This document shows positions 40,654 through 55,884 of a DNA stretch of 64,000 bases, one piece after another. The stretch covers positions 1 to 64,000 of the forward strand of contig CAJVPI010000040.1 in NCBI GenBank assembly GCA_910592345.1. The letters are read 5' to 3'. Origin of the DNA: Paraglomus brasilianum (taxonomy: Eukaryota). Position 1 is the stretch's first letter, and each line of letters starts with the position of its first letter. Below the pieces are notes generated by a model. The model was not told the origin of the DNA and searched no databases. It was given only the letters and a program-made list of their open reading frames with translations. The position numbers were made by a program, and so were the translations under genes.

Positions 40654-43600
40654 TTATATTATGTTATGGTAAAAAAGTAAGAGGATAGGTTTACTTTTGC
40701 TTAAGTGTTGATGACTATGTATAGACGTTTGACAATTAAAGTTGTAGTGCGTGCAGTTGGTCAAAATTGCAACTTTTTCTGACAACCCCTTCCAGGAATT
40801 GTTTTTTTGGTCGTTTAGGGTGTACGATTTTGGAATTTTAGTGTTTGCATTTGGTGCCAGTGGTAACGCTAATGTGACAAAATGGTACCGATAGGCTTGA
40901 TTTAGGTGGAACGGTCCGGATAAAGCAATTCGAAGGATGGGTGGATGGGAAAGAGAGAACTTGGCCAAGCATCTATTCAATTGGGGGAATACTGTACAGT
41001 CAAGCTTCTCTGTAAACATCAAATCCGTTATACATGTGTGCCTGATAAAGACCTCGAAAACTCAAATCCCATTATAGTCACACAATAATAAACACACCGC
41101 ATCTATAACAAATTGTCTAATAGGAATTTACTGTGTTTCATTGACATACTAATACAGACAAACATTCTCTTAAAAACCGTGAATAGTTTCCCCAACGTTG
41201 CCAACTTGACACCAACCTCGAATTGGCAGAAAAAATTAATCATTACTGTTATCGCAATTATTTATGCTCATTATTTATTGTTATTGGAAATTACCACACT
41301 AAAAGTTATCACACCCTTTTCATATTTAATTCTGACTAGCATCAAAGTCTTTATTTATTCCATCGAGTCGAGAGACTCAATATACAGCCAGCACCTTACA
41401 TATTGACGATGACATGGTTTGACCGTCTGTCGTCTGTGAGTTTGGAACTGACAAATTTGATCATTATAACTGCCACATTCTTATCGTCTCATGCAAAACT
41501 TGTTTCCCTTTTCTTTTTTTTTCCCATCCTCTCTTCATATAACGGATTAACTATAAATGATTCAGCAATTACCCAAATAAGTAAACAAATGCCAAGACTA
41601 CAATAATATCATAAGATAACAATTAAATGAGTCAACGTTTAGTGACGAAGTGTTTGTTTCGCCGCGAGTCTAATCGAATAGGCCAAACTAGTCCGACCCG
41701 ATCTTTTTCTCAATTGTAATCATCCTCCCTTTGCTTCGGGATGTATTGAATCATTGTCAACCCGAAAAAGGAATCAACCTTCTAGAAAGATTGGAAGCAA
41801 GACACTAGGACTGATTATGGTTTGCAACGTTAAAGAATGGTCTATTAGGCCAAAAAATTAAACTGTGATCCACTTCTGGGTTTTTCTTCATTGGGGGTTA
41901 TCTATATATCCATTGCTCTCCTCTCGATACTTGTGCAGCAGGGCCCTGGGAAACTCTCAAGTATACGTCATATGGGCAATCACAACAAATCCCTTGGCAA
42001 CTTTCTAATACTAAGAATACTAAGGGGTCTTCCGAGCAATATAGATAGTACAATCTCATTTAGAGCAAATGTCATCATTTGGTCTCGATCGCTAAATACG
42101 CTCTTTACAAATTTAGCAATAATTATGACCTCAACTGATTTAATATCTATAGAGAATTATGCTTTTATGAATGCTTTTATTAATTGTGTTAGTATTAGCA
42201 TATATTAAGATCGACCATCACTTCACCAAATTAGCACAATTTGATAGTCATTCTCATTGACGAATCCCATTCGACCCGCAAGGCATAATGTAAAGTGCTA
42301 ATAGTATTTTACGTATGACCCGAAACCATTAAGGAGCAAATAACATATTTATTAGTATTAGCACCGGATTTGAATTAACCACAATTTTTTAATTGTTTTC
42401 AATCATATCCTAAGGCTTTAGTCACAATGCTCAGACAAACCAAGTATAATCGTCCACCGTCGCTAATCTTGGTTATTTTGGGGAAGAATAATGAACATTA
42501 TTACACAGACCGCGAGATGAGAGAAAGAAATTACGAGTTGTAAAAAGAGAACCATCTTTATTGACTGTGATTGGGTCATTGGCAAAAATATACGCGTCAA
42601 CTACACTTGTTGCTTTTTGAACTCAATTCAACATACAAGGCTATCTGCGCGCTTTATCAGGACAAGATAAGAAACTTGGCATCATCACAAATTGCAATAT
42701 TAATATCTACCATAGTAAACCAAGTGTGGTTACACGGATTGGTTGATAACTACAGGTTTTCCATTGCTTATAACACATATACAGTATGTACAGCAACAAC
42801 ATTACCTGCACCTGCATTTTGGCGTTGCAGTTTCTAGAGTAAAAAAAATTTTGCATCGCACAACATCTATTTTAAGCTAACCACCCCCTGAAGTCTTCGT
42901 TATAACCGTAGCCTTGCAAAAAAGCGGTTCACAGTTCATTTGTACTGTTAAAGGCTTAGCGCGTGCCATAGTATTGCAATACTTAATTGTTACGACATCA
43001 AAGAAGTAAATATTAACTAGGATTCGACTTGCCCTCCAAATACGTATATTTGTGTATATTATATATTATATGCCTATATATACGATTATATTTTTATATG
43101 GGTTTCCTTTTTCAATAATAAAGATCGTCATTTATTCTCTTAAAGAGCGAACTCTTTTGGCTGTTGTGTTCCAAAATACTGGAGACAATGTGTAATCCCG
43201 TGCATCTGTTTGATGCATCAAAGTTTGAATGGGCAGATCGTTTACAGCGCGAGTCACAATTTGTGCAACACGCCCAGTAACTGGACCATTTTCGGCGTCC
43301 TGCATATCCACAATCCTATATTAATATAGTAAGGTAACTTGTGCAGCAATCGATGATCACATGAATTTCGTTTAAAGTTTGGCAATGTGTTTCAGACTTT
43401 TGAGTTTGAAACCCAGCATATGTAATGCTGCCGTGAGCAGGTTGTTCCTTGTCTTTGCTTACCAATTCAAACTTTACATCTAAAACGCTCTGGTTTCTGT
43501 AAGCGTTTGATGGCGTATCAATGAAAGTTTTGCGATTACACCAATTCGTAATCTCGACAATGGTGACAAGACTGAACACCTATAAACTACTTTATTAAAC

Positions 43601-45849
43601 ATTAATGGCAAGTCATGAAATAAGCAAAGATTGTTTCGAATTTTGCAAAATTAAATATGCTCGCAGCAAAAAAATCAATCGCATATCGAGCTTCCTTTCT
43701 TGCTTCAGGATGTCGTGGTTTCATAAATACAATGCTACTCCAAGCGTGTCGTAGTCGTATTGACGCTGTTAAATTATACATTCGATCCATTGCTCACCAA
43801 AACTAAAGTCTGTGGATTATACAATTTATGCGATAAATGATAGAAAACACTTTGGACTCTAAATATTCTGTAGCAAAATTAAATAGCGTTCAACCTTTTG
43901 TCCGCCTGTTATCAGGTTATGTGCATTGCACATCTACATTCCAGAAACCATTGATCCCATTTATGTGCTTTTGTTAGTGTATTCAAGTAAATATTTAAGA
44001 ATCAGTGTCTATTTTCCAGAAGGGTTTTTTTTAATTTTAGGTTTGACTTGATTTATTTTAAACTTTTTATGTACACAGAACTGCCGTTGTGCAAAAATTA
44101 TTCTTGTAACATATCAGATATGCAACATTTGAAGAGTACGGATACCAATACTATGAAAGTTATTGGTTCCAAGTAATGTAGCTACGCTCTTCTCGCATGA
44201 TAATACGTCGTCAGAAAGATGGTTACAAAGAATAGGGGTCCATCGTAATCCTGCTTTTGGGCGAGTTTTGGACCTCTTTGATCTCGAACTAAAAAGTCTG
44301 TAATTTTGTATATAATTAACTCTGATAGTGTAGGTATAGACTACGGTCTCTCATATTTATTTGATATAAACTTGCATTTACTATCATATTTTTTAAGTTG
44401 TATTCAGAATACGAATGCTGTAAAATGACGTAACTTTTTCAAAATTTTACGCTTATGGCAAAGGATGCAAGCTGTTTACAATAAGCATGGTTTGCTAAAG
44501 AGCCACATTGTGCATTTGTAAAATATAAACGTTGTGATGCTAAAGCGCGGGTTCTGTATAACTTTTGCAATCCAAATTTGAAGGCAACAAATTTGTTGAA
44601 GCTTACATTTATCACTTCCCAGCAAAGTATTCATAATAAACTGATCACAGAAATTAATATAGTTGCGAATCTCCTGTTAAAAAGGTGCTATAATACCAAA
44701 ATTGCCGATCGTAATTTTACTATGGTAACGGAGTAGGATAAATATGGAAAATTTCGATCCACCATGAAAGCCAGTAATAATACTTCTTTTCGCTTGAGGA
44801 TATGCTTTACCAAGCTGTCGGTAAGAACTTTCCATGTGGGTTACCCTTATATGGTTTATCAAAAATTAAAAATATACTCATTAATGCATATACTTACCGG
44901 AATTAGAAACTTCTCTACGCGTGAATCGAATTGTTATTCTTGCGCAAAAACACGAGTTAATATAGAGGACACTTAAGTCCAGAGGACAGTCCTGCGTGAA
45001 ATAACTGACAATTGTTGGCCTATTAGGATTTAGTAATGCAATATCGAATGCTAAATTTGGTATAAAAGTCGTAACGGCCATCACGCTGACGACCTAGCAC
45101 AACGTTTCCGTGATATTGAAAATCCGGACTACTAAATAGCCGATCCATAATAGAGAGTCTTTAGAATAATCCTTTTATTGGAACAAACATCTCGACTGTC
45201 ACTCTAATATTTCTGTATAGAAAACATTAAAACATGAACAGGTTTCGATACAAACGAAGGGAAAAGGTCAATTGGGTCTTATACCATATTAAATTTAAAA
45301 TGTATTTATTGGAAAGTCAAGTGTTTTTATCATATGTTCGAGGTTACTAACTTTTGGAAAGTTTTAGCATTGATGCTACTATTTAGACACTTTTGTAATC
45401 TTGTTTCGGTAGCTACATGTGGGAGTTTTCATAGATAATATGGTAGCTAATGTTTCTACCATATAGAAAAGGTTCTTATAAAACATATTGCTTATGATCT
45501 CATGTGATTGACCTAGTACTAGTTAGCCTTACCAGTTAGATTTTTTGAAATCCGCGCGCTTGCAAATCATATAACAACTTCAACAATAGCTTGACAATAA
45601 AGCTACACGCAATTTTGGAGAGGGAGTTTCGTGGAATAACTAATCGAAGAAATTGTTGTCCAGGCAATCATTCACTGCTTAAAGGCATAATAAACCGTTA
45701 TCTGAGATTGCATCGGACATTTTTAAAATATTGGCCGTGTTAGAGTGTTAGTGTTAATTATATATTATAATATCTTATTGCCAATTTTGTGTTGACGGCG
45801 TTGGAATGTCGGTTGCATACCCTATTTCCATTGTGATTAATTTTGAATA

Positions 45850-45983
45850 CATACCAAGATTCCATTATAGCCAATAATTCGAGTTACTATAAAAATCATT
45901 ATAACGAGCGATTTTTAATATATGAAAATTGTGACAAGAAAAAAGTTCTTTTATAAAGCGATTCCATTGTAATGAGATTCATT
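45850..45983. mobile_element. Possible pogo/Tigger-like MITE end
   Basis: The end reverse-complements to TACAGTCAAAGCTCGTTATAATGAA (TA plus a CAGT terminus). CATTATAACGAGC is repeated internally. Confidence 0.35.
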
Positions 45984-46717
45984 ATAACGAGCTTTGACTG
46001 TATACACAAAGCAAGCCTCCGAGTGCAGTTAGTTAGACATCGCGAGAAGAACAGTCCACATCTGGTTTGTAAACTGCATTACATGAAGCTAGTTTGAAGT
46101 GCCTTTGTTCTACTGGATTAAGCTTTGTTTGACATTACTTTATTAAAATATTATAAATTGATTTTTTTAATAATAAATGTAAGGGAGGGGGGGGAAAAGG
46201 AATTGCTAACGATATACAAAGGAGATGTGGGTTCATCTTAGAACGACAAAAAAATTATGACGCCTAACCGGAAATAATATATCAAAATACAATACGTCAA
46301 ATATCGACACTATTAACAATATAAGCAAATAGCGAGAATAAGTCTAAGCAAATAACATATACAGATTGGCATCTGTACAACCAGTCTTCAAGATCTGCTT
46401 GAAAGTCTGCAAGTATTTTACTTGCCAATGTCAACAGAAATGTTCTTATGGTAATTGTCCAGTCTAGGTCATCAGAAATGAAAGGGTTTCCATCGGTAAT
46501 TTCTATCTGAATGTCAACTCGGTGAAGATCCTGTTTGTCGAGATTGCGTTTTGCATAGCGTTTGATGGCATATTAATATTGGTTTTGTGGCTGACCGTTT
46601 AACCCCATTCTTTACGGCATATCATTAACGTCGATTAAGAAAGCTCGCCGCATGCCTCCTAAGATGATAAAGTCTCACCGGTGGTAAACGGTACCGCTGG
46701 AACAGTCATATGAATAT

Positions 46718-46850
46718 TTGATATCGGTCGCAATTGTTGTCCCAGTGTCCAAGGATTCGAAATTGTTGTCCCAGTGTCCAAGGATTCGATATTGTTGTCC
46801 CAGTGTCCAAGGATTCGATATCGGTCGCAATTGTTGTCCCAGTGTCCAAG
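46718..46850. repeat. Tandem repeat, 4 copies of a 29/38-bp unit
   Basis: Core ATTGTTGTCCCAGTGTCCAAGG occurs four times, joined by ATTCGA(A/T) with or without ATCGGTCGCA. Confidence 0.9.
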
Positions 46851-47116
46851 GCAGTCTTTTCAATGATAGGACGCACATTCTCGGTCTCAAATAACAAAAA
46901 AGTATTTGTTCGAACGATCCTATCTATTCCAATTATTAAGGCGTCCTCCATCGACGCACCATATTGACATTATAAGAAATATTGATCTTGAAGACTTTAC
47001 AAGACAAAGCAATCTTATCTTCTGACAGAAAACCAAAGACGCATGTTGTACCATTGTTCATGATGGTCTTTTTTGAGTGATTCCACTTTATAATCCTGCT
47101 ATCCATCTATCATCTG

Positions 47117-47202
47117 TAGCAGTAGTGGCGGAAGCAGCAGCAGTAGCGGCGGAAGCAGTAGTAGTAGCGGCGGAAGCAGCAGTAGTAGCGGCGGAAGTAG
47201 CA
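47117..47202. repeat. About 21-bp GCA/GTA/GCG tandem repeat (Ala/Thr/Ser-rich on the minus strand) in a decayed ORF region
   Basis: GCAGTAGTAGCGGCGGAAGCA-like unit, about 4 copies. Confidence 0.8.
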
Positions 47203-48072
47203 AAGGCTGCCTCCTGGTTGAATAGATAATCCGCTTCTCCCCAAAATAATCCATTCTAGGCTTTGAACATGATTAGTGTTATGGAGTCTGGCATATTATG
47301 CGGCGCGTTCCATGTGTTCTTGGAAGGCAGCCAAACTTAACAATATGAATATGAGATGAGACAACATCAGTAACTATGTGCAAGCAATATATACTGTTAT
47401 ATCTTGTGCCAAATTCATAGAGGGTTACAAGTTTGGAGCGAGAGTAAAAAGCCATAGGTTGTGTGCTCACCTTTTTGAATGTCCTCAGTCAGCAGATGAA
47501 TATATCTGATGTTGATTTCCTGTACTCGGAGTAGGTCATCCGACACCGTTGTCAATCGAATCATAGATTTGATGAAAAATCCGATTTCCGCAACTATGAC
47601 ATGGCCATGTCCTTTCGCCGACTTATTACCAAGTCCCATGCATACTGCTGCTTTTGAAGATTATATAGATAATCTTGAGCTGCCGTCTTTAGAATCACAG
47701 TATTAAAAAAAAAGTAACTATTTACAACAATCGAACGATATACAGATAAGTGGAATAGTTCTGGTTACGGATACTCGCTAAAAGCTAGCTTTATAACATG
47801 TCAGAGACAGAGCGACGGTCAGACGGGAAGACCGACCACATATGTACAAAGTTATTTAGAGAAGGTCAAGAGAAAGAATATTCATTAGAAGAGGAGGTAT
47901 GACACGTCGCAAAGAATATTGGGGAGACGTTTGGTTAGGAAGGGAAGCGACGCGCATTATTTATACCAATCAGATGTAGCACAAATAGTACGGATTAATT
48001 AGTTACACAACGTAAAAATTCTTTTGACAGTAATAGACAATCCTCACATTGCCTTCATTTTTCAATAGAAAC

Positions 48073-51000
48073 ATGCCTAAAAACAAATCAAAAAAGCACG
48101 GATCCTCAAAGGTCAAGCCATTGGCAGCTCGAACGTCTAAAATAAAAAGGAAAATGAGAGCGAAATCCTTGGTTAGTGTATACAGAACTCGATTATTATT
48201 ATTTCAATAGTTAACAAATTCGTTGATCTTGCAGTCCAGAATACCGAATATATTGCCTATAGTGGAAGGAGTTGAAGAGACAGAAGTTGGAGAAGACGAC
48301 ATTGGTTTTTTCAAAGAGCATAGACAATTTGCTGGTTTTCTCAATACATTCAACGCAATCGCTCTGCATAAGTAAGTGAATGATTAAGTCTTCATTTTGT
48401 GTAAATAATCAACTTACTTATATCAACTCTTTAAGAAATCCAGCAAAGGAAACAAATTTACCCATGATCCGTTCGACCCATGGGGATAACAGGCCAAATG
48501 ATACGTCTGAAGACGAAGATTATGAAATGAGACAAGTATTTGTGAATCATTCGGACGAAGAGCAAGAATATGAAAAAGTACCGAGAGAAATGGGGAAATC
48601 ATGGACGAAAGAGAATGAAAAATTACCAATCAAGTTACCTGATGGAAAGATACAGATTGTCGCAGCAGATGAAGGTACAGTTACGTTGCGTAATGCAATC
48701 GGCTTGGGTGATTGTATTCTCTTCATACGCAACGCGAAGGTCGAATTTTTTAGTCACTAAATTTGATTTTAAAGAGAATGTTGATAGGAATGAATTAAGA
48801 AGCCAGGGTTTAGAGGATGCATCAACCATTGATGACAAAGTCGGGAAACTATCAATTGAGCCTATCGTCAAAGAAATACCAAAATCCAAGTTGTCAAAGG
48901 AACAATACGTGATTCAAAAAAAAGAAGAACTTGCTGAAATTTCGCAGGCAATAATTGCGGATCCGGAGAAAAACGTATGTTCCATGTTTGCGTTTACTTT
49001 AACAATAGATATATTATGTGTATAAAGTATGTTTACGTTTAAGATACTAGTTCGGCAAAAGTTGCCTTTTTTTGATATGGTACAAATTCTACATGTTCCA
49101 TAAATTAATGTCAAATATTGGAATTTGTATTAGATTGTGCGATTGAAAAAATTACGCGAAATTGCAAACGACAAGAATTTAACTGTAAAGAAAATGAGTA
49201 TACGAGTTCAATTGGCTATCTACAAAGATATTATTCCGGGGTACGTCATTAATGATTTACAGTATGCTTTGATGCGTGCAGAAAAAATGGGTTTGGAAAT
49301 ATACAGCTATCTTACATTAACTGGATACAATGCCTAATAAGTCAACAAAATACGTTTGCAGATATCGGATACGCAAGCTGACAGAGAAAGAAAAGGCCAC
49401 TCGGGTATGCATATCAAACCGCTTTTTTTCTTCTTTTTTTTTACGATTTTGAAAGACGAGAAAAGTAATCATTTTGGCTCAATGAAAGGTGACAAACGAA
49501 GTCAAAAAACTAAGACATTATGAAGAATCTCTGTTGGTCAATTATCAAGCCTATCTGCAATTACTTAATAACGAAGTAAAAGGTATGGGTAATATTTATT
49601 GCTCAGTTTCTATGATTCACTCTTTGAAGAAAACGGGTACTAATCAAATATTGACAATAGCTAGTACAACCAATAAGCATAATGCAAAGGAAGACGTATC
49701 ATGTGCCTTCGTCGCAGTGCAATGCATGTGTGATCTCTTGACGTCCGTCACACATTTTAATTTTCGACTAAATTTAATGACTGCAGTAATAACCAGAATG
49801 AGTACTAGTAAAATTAATGAGGTATGTAATTCGAGCCGGTAAAGCGGTATATACTTATTGCTGTGCTAAAGACTGATTCACGGTACTCAACTTTTAGATG
49901 TTTTCCATATGCCAAAAAGCTATAATTAATGTATTTCAAAACGACGAATCTGGGGAATCTAGTCTTGACGCTGTAAGGCTATTGTCCAAGATGATCAAAT
50001 CGAGAGAATATGCTGTACATCCCGAAGTAATTATTTTTATGAAAGGTTTTCTTTTTCCTTTGCTTTTTATTGTCACACCTACTGACGTGTTGTGCCTTTG
50101 GAAGGTTCTAAATACATTTCTTCATCTCCGTCTCAAAGACGAGCTTTCTGCTGCAAAAGACGATAGTAATGATGTAGCTAGAAATAAGAAAAAGAGGAAA
50201 GGTGACAAAGTGCATTTGTCAAGGAAAATGAGAAAACTTGCCAAGGAAAGGAAGCTGATTGAAAAGGAAATGAAAGAGGCCGATGCCATTGTTGATAAAG
50301 AAGAAAAAGAAAAAACGGTTAGCAGTCATAGCATGTTTTATTCTGTTTTATACGAGATATCTCATGAATTAACCACTAGCTGACTATCATTAGCAAACAG
50401 AAACCTTAAAGCTGGTTTTTGCAACATATTTTCGCATTCTGAAACGTGCCAACACGTCTCCTTTACTACTGCCAGTACTCGAAGGATTGGCAAAGTATGA
50501 CCGTAATTCTTGGTTCCATCGATTCTCTTACCGTTTCTTATTATTTATGGGTATTTGCTTGTAGGTTCGCACATTTGATAAACGTAGATTTCTTCAGTGA
50601 CTTACTTAACGTACTTCGAAAAATTGTGACCGAGACGAGCGGAGAGGTTACCGATGACGACGACGATGTTCCAATAAATGATACTAGGCGTACTCTATTA
50701 TGTATTATAACAGCATTCCAGTTACTTTCTGGTCAGGGTATGTTATCATTAATAGTCGTAAAGACTGTAGTGTCTCTTAAGATACCACCATTTTGGAGCT
50801 TCAATTCATTCCAGCCTCGCGTTCTTACACAATATTATTAATTTTCAGGCGAAGCGTTGAATATCGACCTAAAAGATTTCTACACAAGTTTTTATACAGT
50901 ACTCTTCCCACTTGCATTAAATCCCAATATAGAAACTAGAGATGATATGAGCGTGGTAAACTCTCAAAAGAACAAGTCCGCTCACGCAACGGGGACGGAT

Positions 51001-51601
51001 ACCGAGTTGGAGATGTTGATGAAAGGATTGGATTTCATGTTCTTCAAAAGAAGACAGGTACATGTTTATTCCATACATTATCACCGCGTTTTTGCTGCAT
51101 CTCATTATTATATTTCTCGTGATATTTCAGATACCGCTTGACCGATCTGCGGCATTCCTAAAGCGGTTGTCAACGTCTTGCTTAAACTGGCCTAGCGAGA
51201 CTGTACTTTTGTGCTTGAACACAATACAGAAATTGATTCAGGTAATCATGGGAGAGCGCTATTTCTTGCTCGTATATTGATGGCTTAGATTCGTCAACTT
51301 TTTTTAAACATTGCAGAAACAGCAGCGTCTAGATGCTTTGTTGGATTCAGACGACTTGTCGAGCAATGGAGTATATTTGCCCGAGTTGGACGATCCCGAA
51401 TTGTGTAACCCTTTTGCTACTAATCTGTGGGAGTTATGCTTACTCGAGGTAAATACAAGCTATCTATTGTCGTCTGTCAGTAATACGTATCATATTCATA
51501 AGGATCTATCTATTATATCATTCAAGAATCACTATGATCCAAAAGTAAGATCAGCAGCAACGGCGCTAGCTAATTTCGCCCCCCGATCCGAAAACGGTTG
51601 A
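48073..51601 (+). CDS. NOC3: Nucleolar complex protein 3, multi-exon
   Basis: [98 protein letters not shown]. Confidence 0.92.
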
Positions 51602-51885
51602 AACCAAGAAAAAAGTATTGGACTCGCACGCGTTTGTTTTACAATTTTTACTAATGTCCATACAAGTAATTAATTTACATGAATGGGTATAATTTCACAA
51701 GCTATATATGATAAGCATAATAGACTTAGAATGGAGATAGCAAGTCAATGTATTTATCTGATGTCTTTTTGGAGTTTTTACCAGAAAGCAAGTAAAACGG
51801 CAATTAGTATTTCATGTATTACAACAGTTCAGATGTTCAGAGGAAGGGCTGCGTATTATAGAAAATGAGTTAGTGCTTATGTATT

Positions 51886-52490
51886 TCATAACAGCAGCTC
51901 ACTGTTAAACAAACTCACATTTTCTATAGCACAGGTTTCCTTCAACCGACGCAATTCAGTCAGTGAACATTGAGCAGCTCGAAGCACTTGTACTGTCCCA
52001 GGTGATTGTTTATGTTTACTGCTTTTTGTGATTATCTTTCCCGCCTTTTTGATTTTTCTAGACTCATATACCTTTACTTTACCCTGATTGCTAAATCTTT
52101 GTAATCTCTTATCCCATTTGTTCTGATCGTCGATAGGAGCGAAATAATCAGGGATGGTGGTTTTATGCAACAGTGGGCTGAACGAATCATTCGTCTCTGT
52201 GTCTTCGTAGACAGGCGTGGTGAATCGATCGTGATGCATCAGCTGTCGTTCAGGCGTTTTCGTAGAGTCGGTTGTCGTGCTCTTTCGTTGATGGAAGAAG
52301 TCGCACACGGATATTGGGTATCTAGGTTCCATTTCTTCATCTTCCAGTAAATCCATGGACATTTCTGCTTCTTTCTTCGCAATATCTTTCCAAAAAGCGT
52401 TTAATGACGCTTGATCACCGATGCCTGCCATGAAGTTTGTTTGCTGACGAACCAAGTCCTCGTTTAATAATGCCCAACTCCCGGATAGGA
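51886..52490 (-). CDS. Hypothetical protein, start uncertain
   Basis: Open frame of about 200 codons with plausible composition. The predicted poly-Leu start comes from an AAT microsatellite. No family recognised. Confidence 0.4.
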
Positions 52491-52951
52491 ATATTAGATG
52501 TTTGAGTAATAATAATAATAATAATAACAATAATGTTGTGGTGGTCGTGGTCGTTGTTGTTGTTTATTGCTGTTTTGGTAATAAAGATTTGGCTGGATCA
52601 AGAGATCAGATGGACCAATCAATATTCTGGATGTTGTTGATCATCACCTGAATATCATGTGACTGTAGATGGAAGTTCGTTTCAAAGGATCATGTAAGCA
52701 TGTCAATGTTATTGGCCTGCTACTACTTAACGTGACGCATGATCAAGGGACCATAACAACCGCGCAACATCCAAGAGTTCAATTTAACAATAATAATGCC
52801 ATATAATTATGACGACAATATTCAAACATGCCCAACTAGTCAAAGTAACAAAATTATGCTTACAAAAATTGAATTATTGCGACTCTTTAGTTGTTACACG
52901 AATTGTCCTATAAATTTTACCACAGGTGTGTTACATAAACCGCCTTGAAAA

Positions 52952-54007
52952 ATGCTAACCTTCCGGCAGTTAGCAATTTCAATAATAAAACATCCTCTCA
53001 GGCCCATTATCGCTCTTAAAATACCTATCAACCCGACAACACCTTTTTTCAATCATTCCCTCTTTCGCAATCCCTCTTCCATAACTCGCACTTCGCCGCT
53101 TGTGCTGAACCGTACGTATGCCACCGATACAAATAGACAATTCAAAACGTATAAACCACGTACACCCGGTCTTCGTTGGCTGCGTCGTCCGATCAATGAT
53201 CATTTATGGAAAGGCAAGCCAGTTCGGAAACTAACTTTACCCAAACGCTCGAGTGGTGGACGTAACCATCACGGACGTATCACAGTGAGACATCGTGGAG
53301 GCGGCCACAAACGTAGAATTAGGGTCATAGACTTTAATAGATGGGAGAGCGGTGCACATGAAGTACTCAGAATAGAATACGATCCTAATAGATCAGCGCA
53401 TTTGGCATTACTGAGGCATAAAGAATCAAATAACTTAAGTTACATCCTTGCACCATTTGGTCTTAGAGAAGGCCATGTGGTGCATTCATTTCGCTCGCAG
53501 CAAACTCTTGAACGAGAGGGTGAAGATCCATCTATAACTAAACTGGCAGCCCTGGAGAGTGGTAACTGTCTTCCTCTTCGTATGATACCCCAAGGAACTA
53601 CGATCCATTGTATTTCTCTTCGACCTGATGGGCCGGGCATTCTATGTCGGTCGGCTGGTACATCGGCACAGATAATTCACACGGGGTCGAAGGGATATTC
53701 ACAAGTACGCTTGAATTCTGGTGAAGTGCGATTAATCCATGTTGACTGTTGTGCTACTATTGGGACAGTGTCTAATCCCGATCACCAACACAGAATGTTG
53801 GGTAAGGCAGGACGTAGTAGATGGTTGGGTATTAGACCGACAGTAAGAGGTGTGGCTATGAATTCTGTTGATCATCCGCATGGAGGTGGTAGAGGAAAGA
53901 GCAAAGGTAATAGACACCCTGTCAGCCCATGGGGTGTTTTGGCTAAGGGAGGAAAGACGAGGAAGAAGCCTAATCCATGGGTAGTTAAGCCAAGGAAAAG
54001 GAGATGA
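52952..54007 (+). CDS. RML2: Mitochondrial ribosomal protein uL2m, intronless
   Basis: Arg/Ser-rich presequence, [64 protein letters not shown]. Confidence 0.95.
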   Translation: MLTFRQLAISIIKHPLRPIIALKIPINPTTPFFNHSLFRNPSSITRTSPLVLNRTYATDTNRQFKTYKPRTPGLRWLRRPINDHLWKGKPVRKLTLPKRSSGGRNHHGRITVRHRGGGHKRRIRVIDFNRWESGAHEVLRIEYDPNRSAHLALLRHKESNNLSYILAPFGLREGHVVHSFRSQQTLEREGEDPSITKLAALESGNCLPLRMIPQGTTIHCISLRPDGPGILCRSAGTSAQIIHTGSKGYSQVRLNSGEVRLIHVDCCATIGTVSNPDHQHRMLGKAGRSRWLGIRPTVRGVAMNSVDHPHGGGRGKSKGNRHPVSPWGVLAKGGKTRKKPNPWVVKPRKRR

Positions 54008-55884
54008 AGAACAGGTAGAAGGCTAAATCCGACTGGATTATATTGCTGCAATTTTGTAAAAATGAAAGGTTTAAATATAGAAAGTGTGTAATGAGAAGAA
54101 TCTGTTTGATTATAAAGATTTGACAACGCTTTATGTGAGCATGTCAGAAACTTTGTATATACAATCAATAATAAATCTTCTAAACAACGTTGGGTAATAT
54201 TCAAATCGGTAGATTCCTACTTTCACACATTCACGATAAGAACCACAATCTCCCGGCCTTTTGTTTCAATCGGATCACCATCCCACGCGTTTGGGTATCT
54301 CACTGGGAAATAAATTCATGCCAGCTCCCTCAATTTCACTAACGAATCATGCGAATGCTGTTTTCCCTTTGAAAAGTACGGTAATATTAAAGTGAAAGCC
54401 AATAGTATACGTCAAGGGGCTCAACGCAGACTCGATCACATTCTATTTACAAGATGGAGATAATGTTCGCAATTAGAGATTGACAACTTATTTAGTCAGC
54501 TTGCGCAACCCTATCAGAACGCGTAATTTTGCACTCACCATGTGATTTTGCGAGGGCGAACAGTAACTTAATATCGTATACACCAAGTATTCCTTTTGTA
54601 CTGGGTGAATGGATACTACACAGCAAAACTGGTTTATTTTTGGATCACCTGTCTGCAAGGTTGTTGTTATTCGATGAGACAGAATTTTATACCGCATTTA
54701 GCATAACGAGCAAATTTATTAATTCGCAGACATTAATTCACGTCCTTTACATACATATAAATATTGCGAGGAACTTTATTCACAGCAAGATGCTCGCTAA
54801 AGCTGTTTTTATCTATATATTACATGTGCTTAACTGTGAATCTATTACATCATCAGAAGTTCCATTCAAATAGTTTTTAATATTAGTTAAGTTGAGATGT
54901 TCTTAATAATAATAGATTTGTTCAATGCCAATCGTTTTATAATAATATATTAAAACTACGATCACGCAGATCAACTAAATTATCGTCTACTATTATTAAA
55001 ATAAACCTTTACTAGAGCCCAAGAACAAATATAAAGAATCCCTTAAAAAGACGCATCGAACTTTTTACAGTTAATACGCTCTTCGACTAAGGATTATTGT
55101 TCTAATAATAGTCTATTCTTGTGCTGACGGGAGGATCTATTGCTTGGGACTTAATTGAGTCGGATAAGCAAGCTTACAAAAGCTGGGGTAGCATCTAACT
55201 GTAGACTAAGCATATGCTGGAGCATAAGGCCAGACAGGAAAGACGTAATATTACAGTATTATATGTAAAAAATAAAACCTCTTTGCTTGACTAGAGCAAA
55301 AACAACGTTTATTCTTGTGATTTGTAGTCTATATGACAGCACGATGGTATGAATGGAGACCTTGTTTTCATTAAGTTTGGACTATTTGCGAGTTTTGTTT
55401 TTTATTTAAAGAGTTCGAATATAAATTGCGAAAAATCAAGTAATGCTTTCAGGCAAATTCACGATAATCGATACATGTATTTTGTCATACATTTTTACTA
55501 CTCTTTACAAACAACATACGGTTCCATTTGCATATTCACTAGAGCGATTGCATAGGAGGAAATACTCGGACCCAAAGCCATTGATGAGTACCCCTATACT
55601 TTGGTCGTTCTAGGCTATATATCATTATTATTATTACTATTAACACCATCATTTTCCTTCTCCTTTTCTTTATCTTGTACTGCTTCGACAGTCATTTCCC
55701 GTGGATTAGTTTTTCGCAGGTAAAAGTTTTTTAGAGTATAAGTTTAATTATAATTATGGATTTTCTTATGCATTTCACACAATTTATTTATATTGACTAC
55801 CATTTTTATAGAATCTTAACTCTATCAAATTACGAGTTTGCAAATGAGACCTTTATGATCATAGCTACAATTTGCCAACTATTA

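Noticed and set aside
41100..45800. Short ORFs in the long region upstream of STE20
   Set aside because: No recognisable motifs or consistent exon chain. These are probably decayed relics, but unidentifiable without a search.
46718..46850. Possible CRISPR array
   Set aside because: Units are head-to-tail with no unique spacers, there are no cas genes, and the context is eukaryotic. It is a simple tandem duplication.
52952..54007. Intronless bacterial-like rplB as a horizontal transfer
   Set aside because: It has a mitochondrial presequence, uses the standard code and has no neighbouring ribosomal operon genes. It is an ordinary nuclear uL2m gene.
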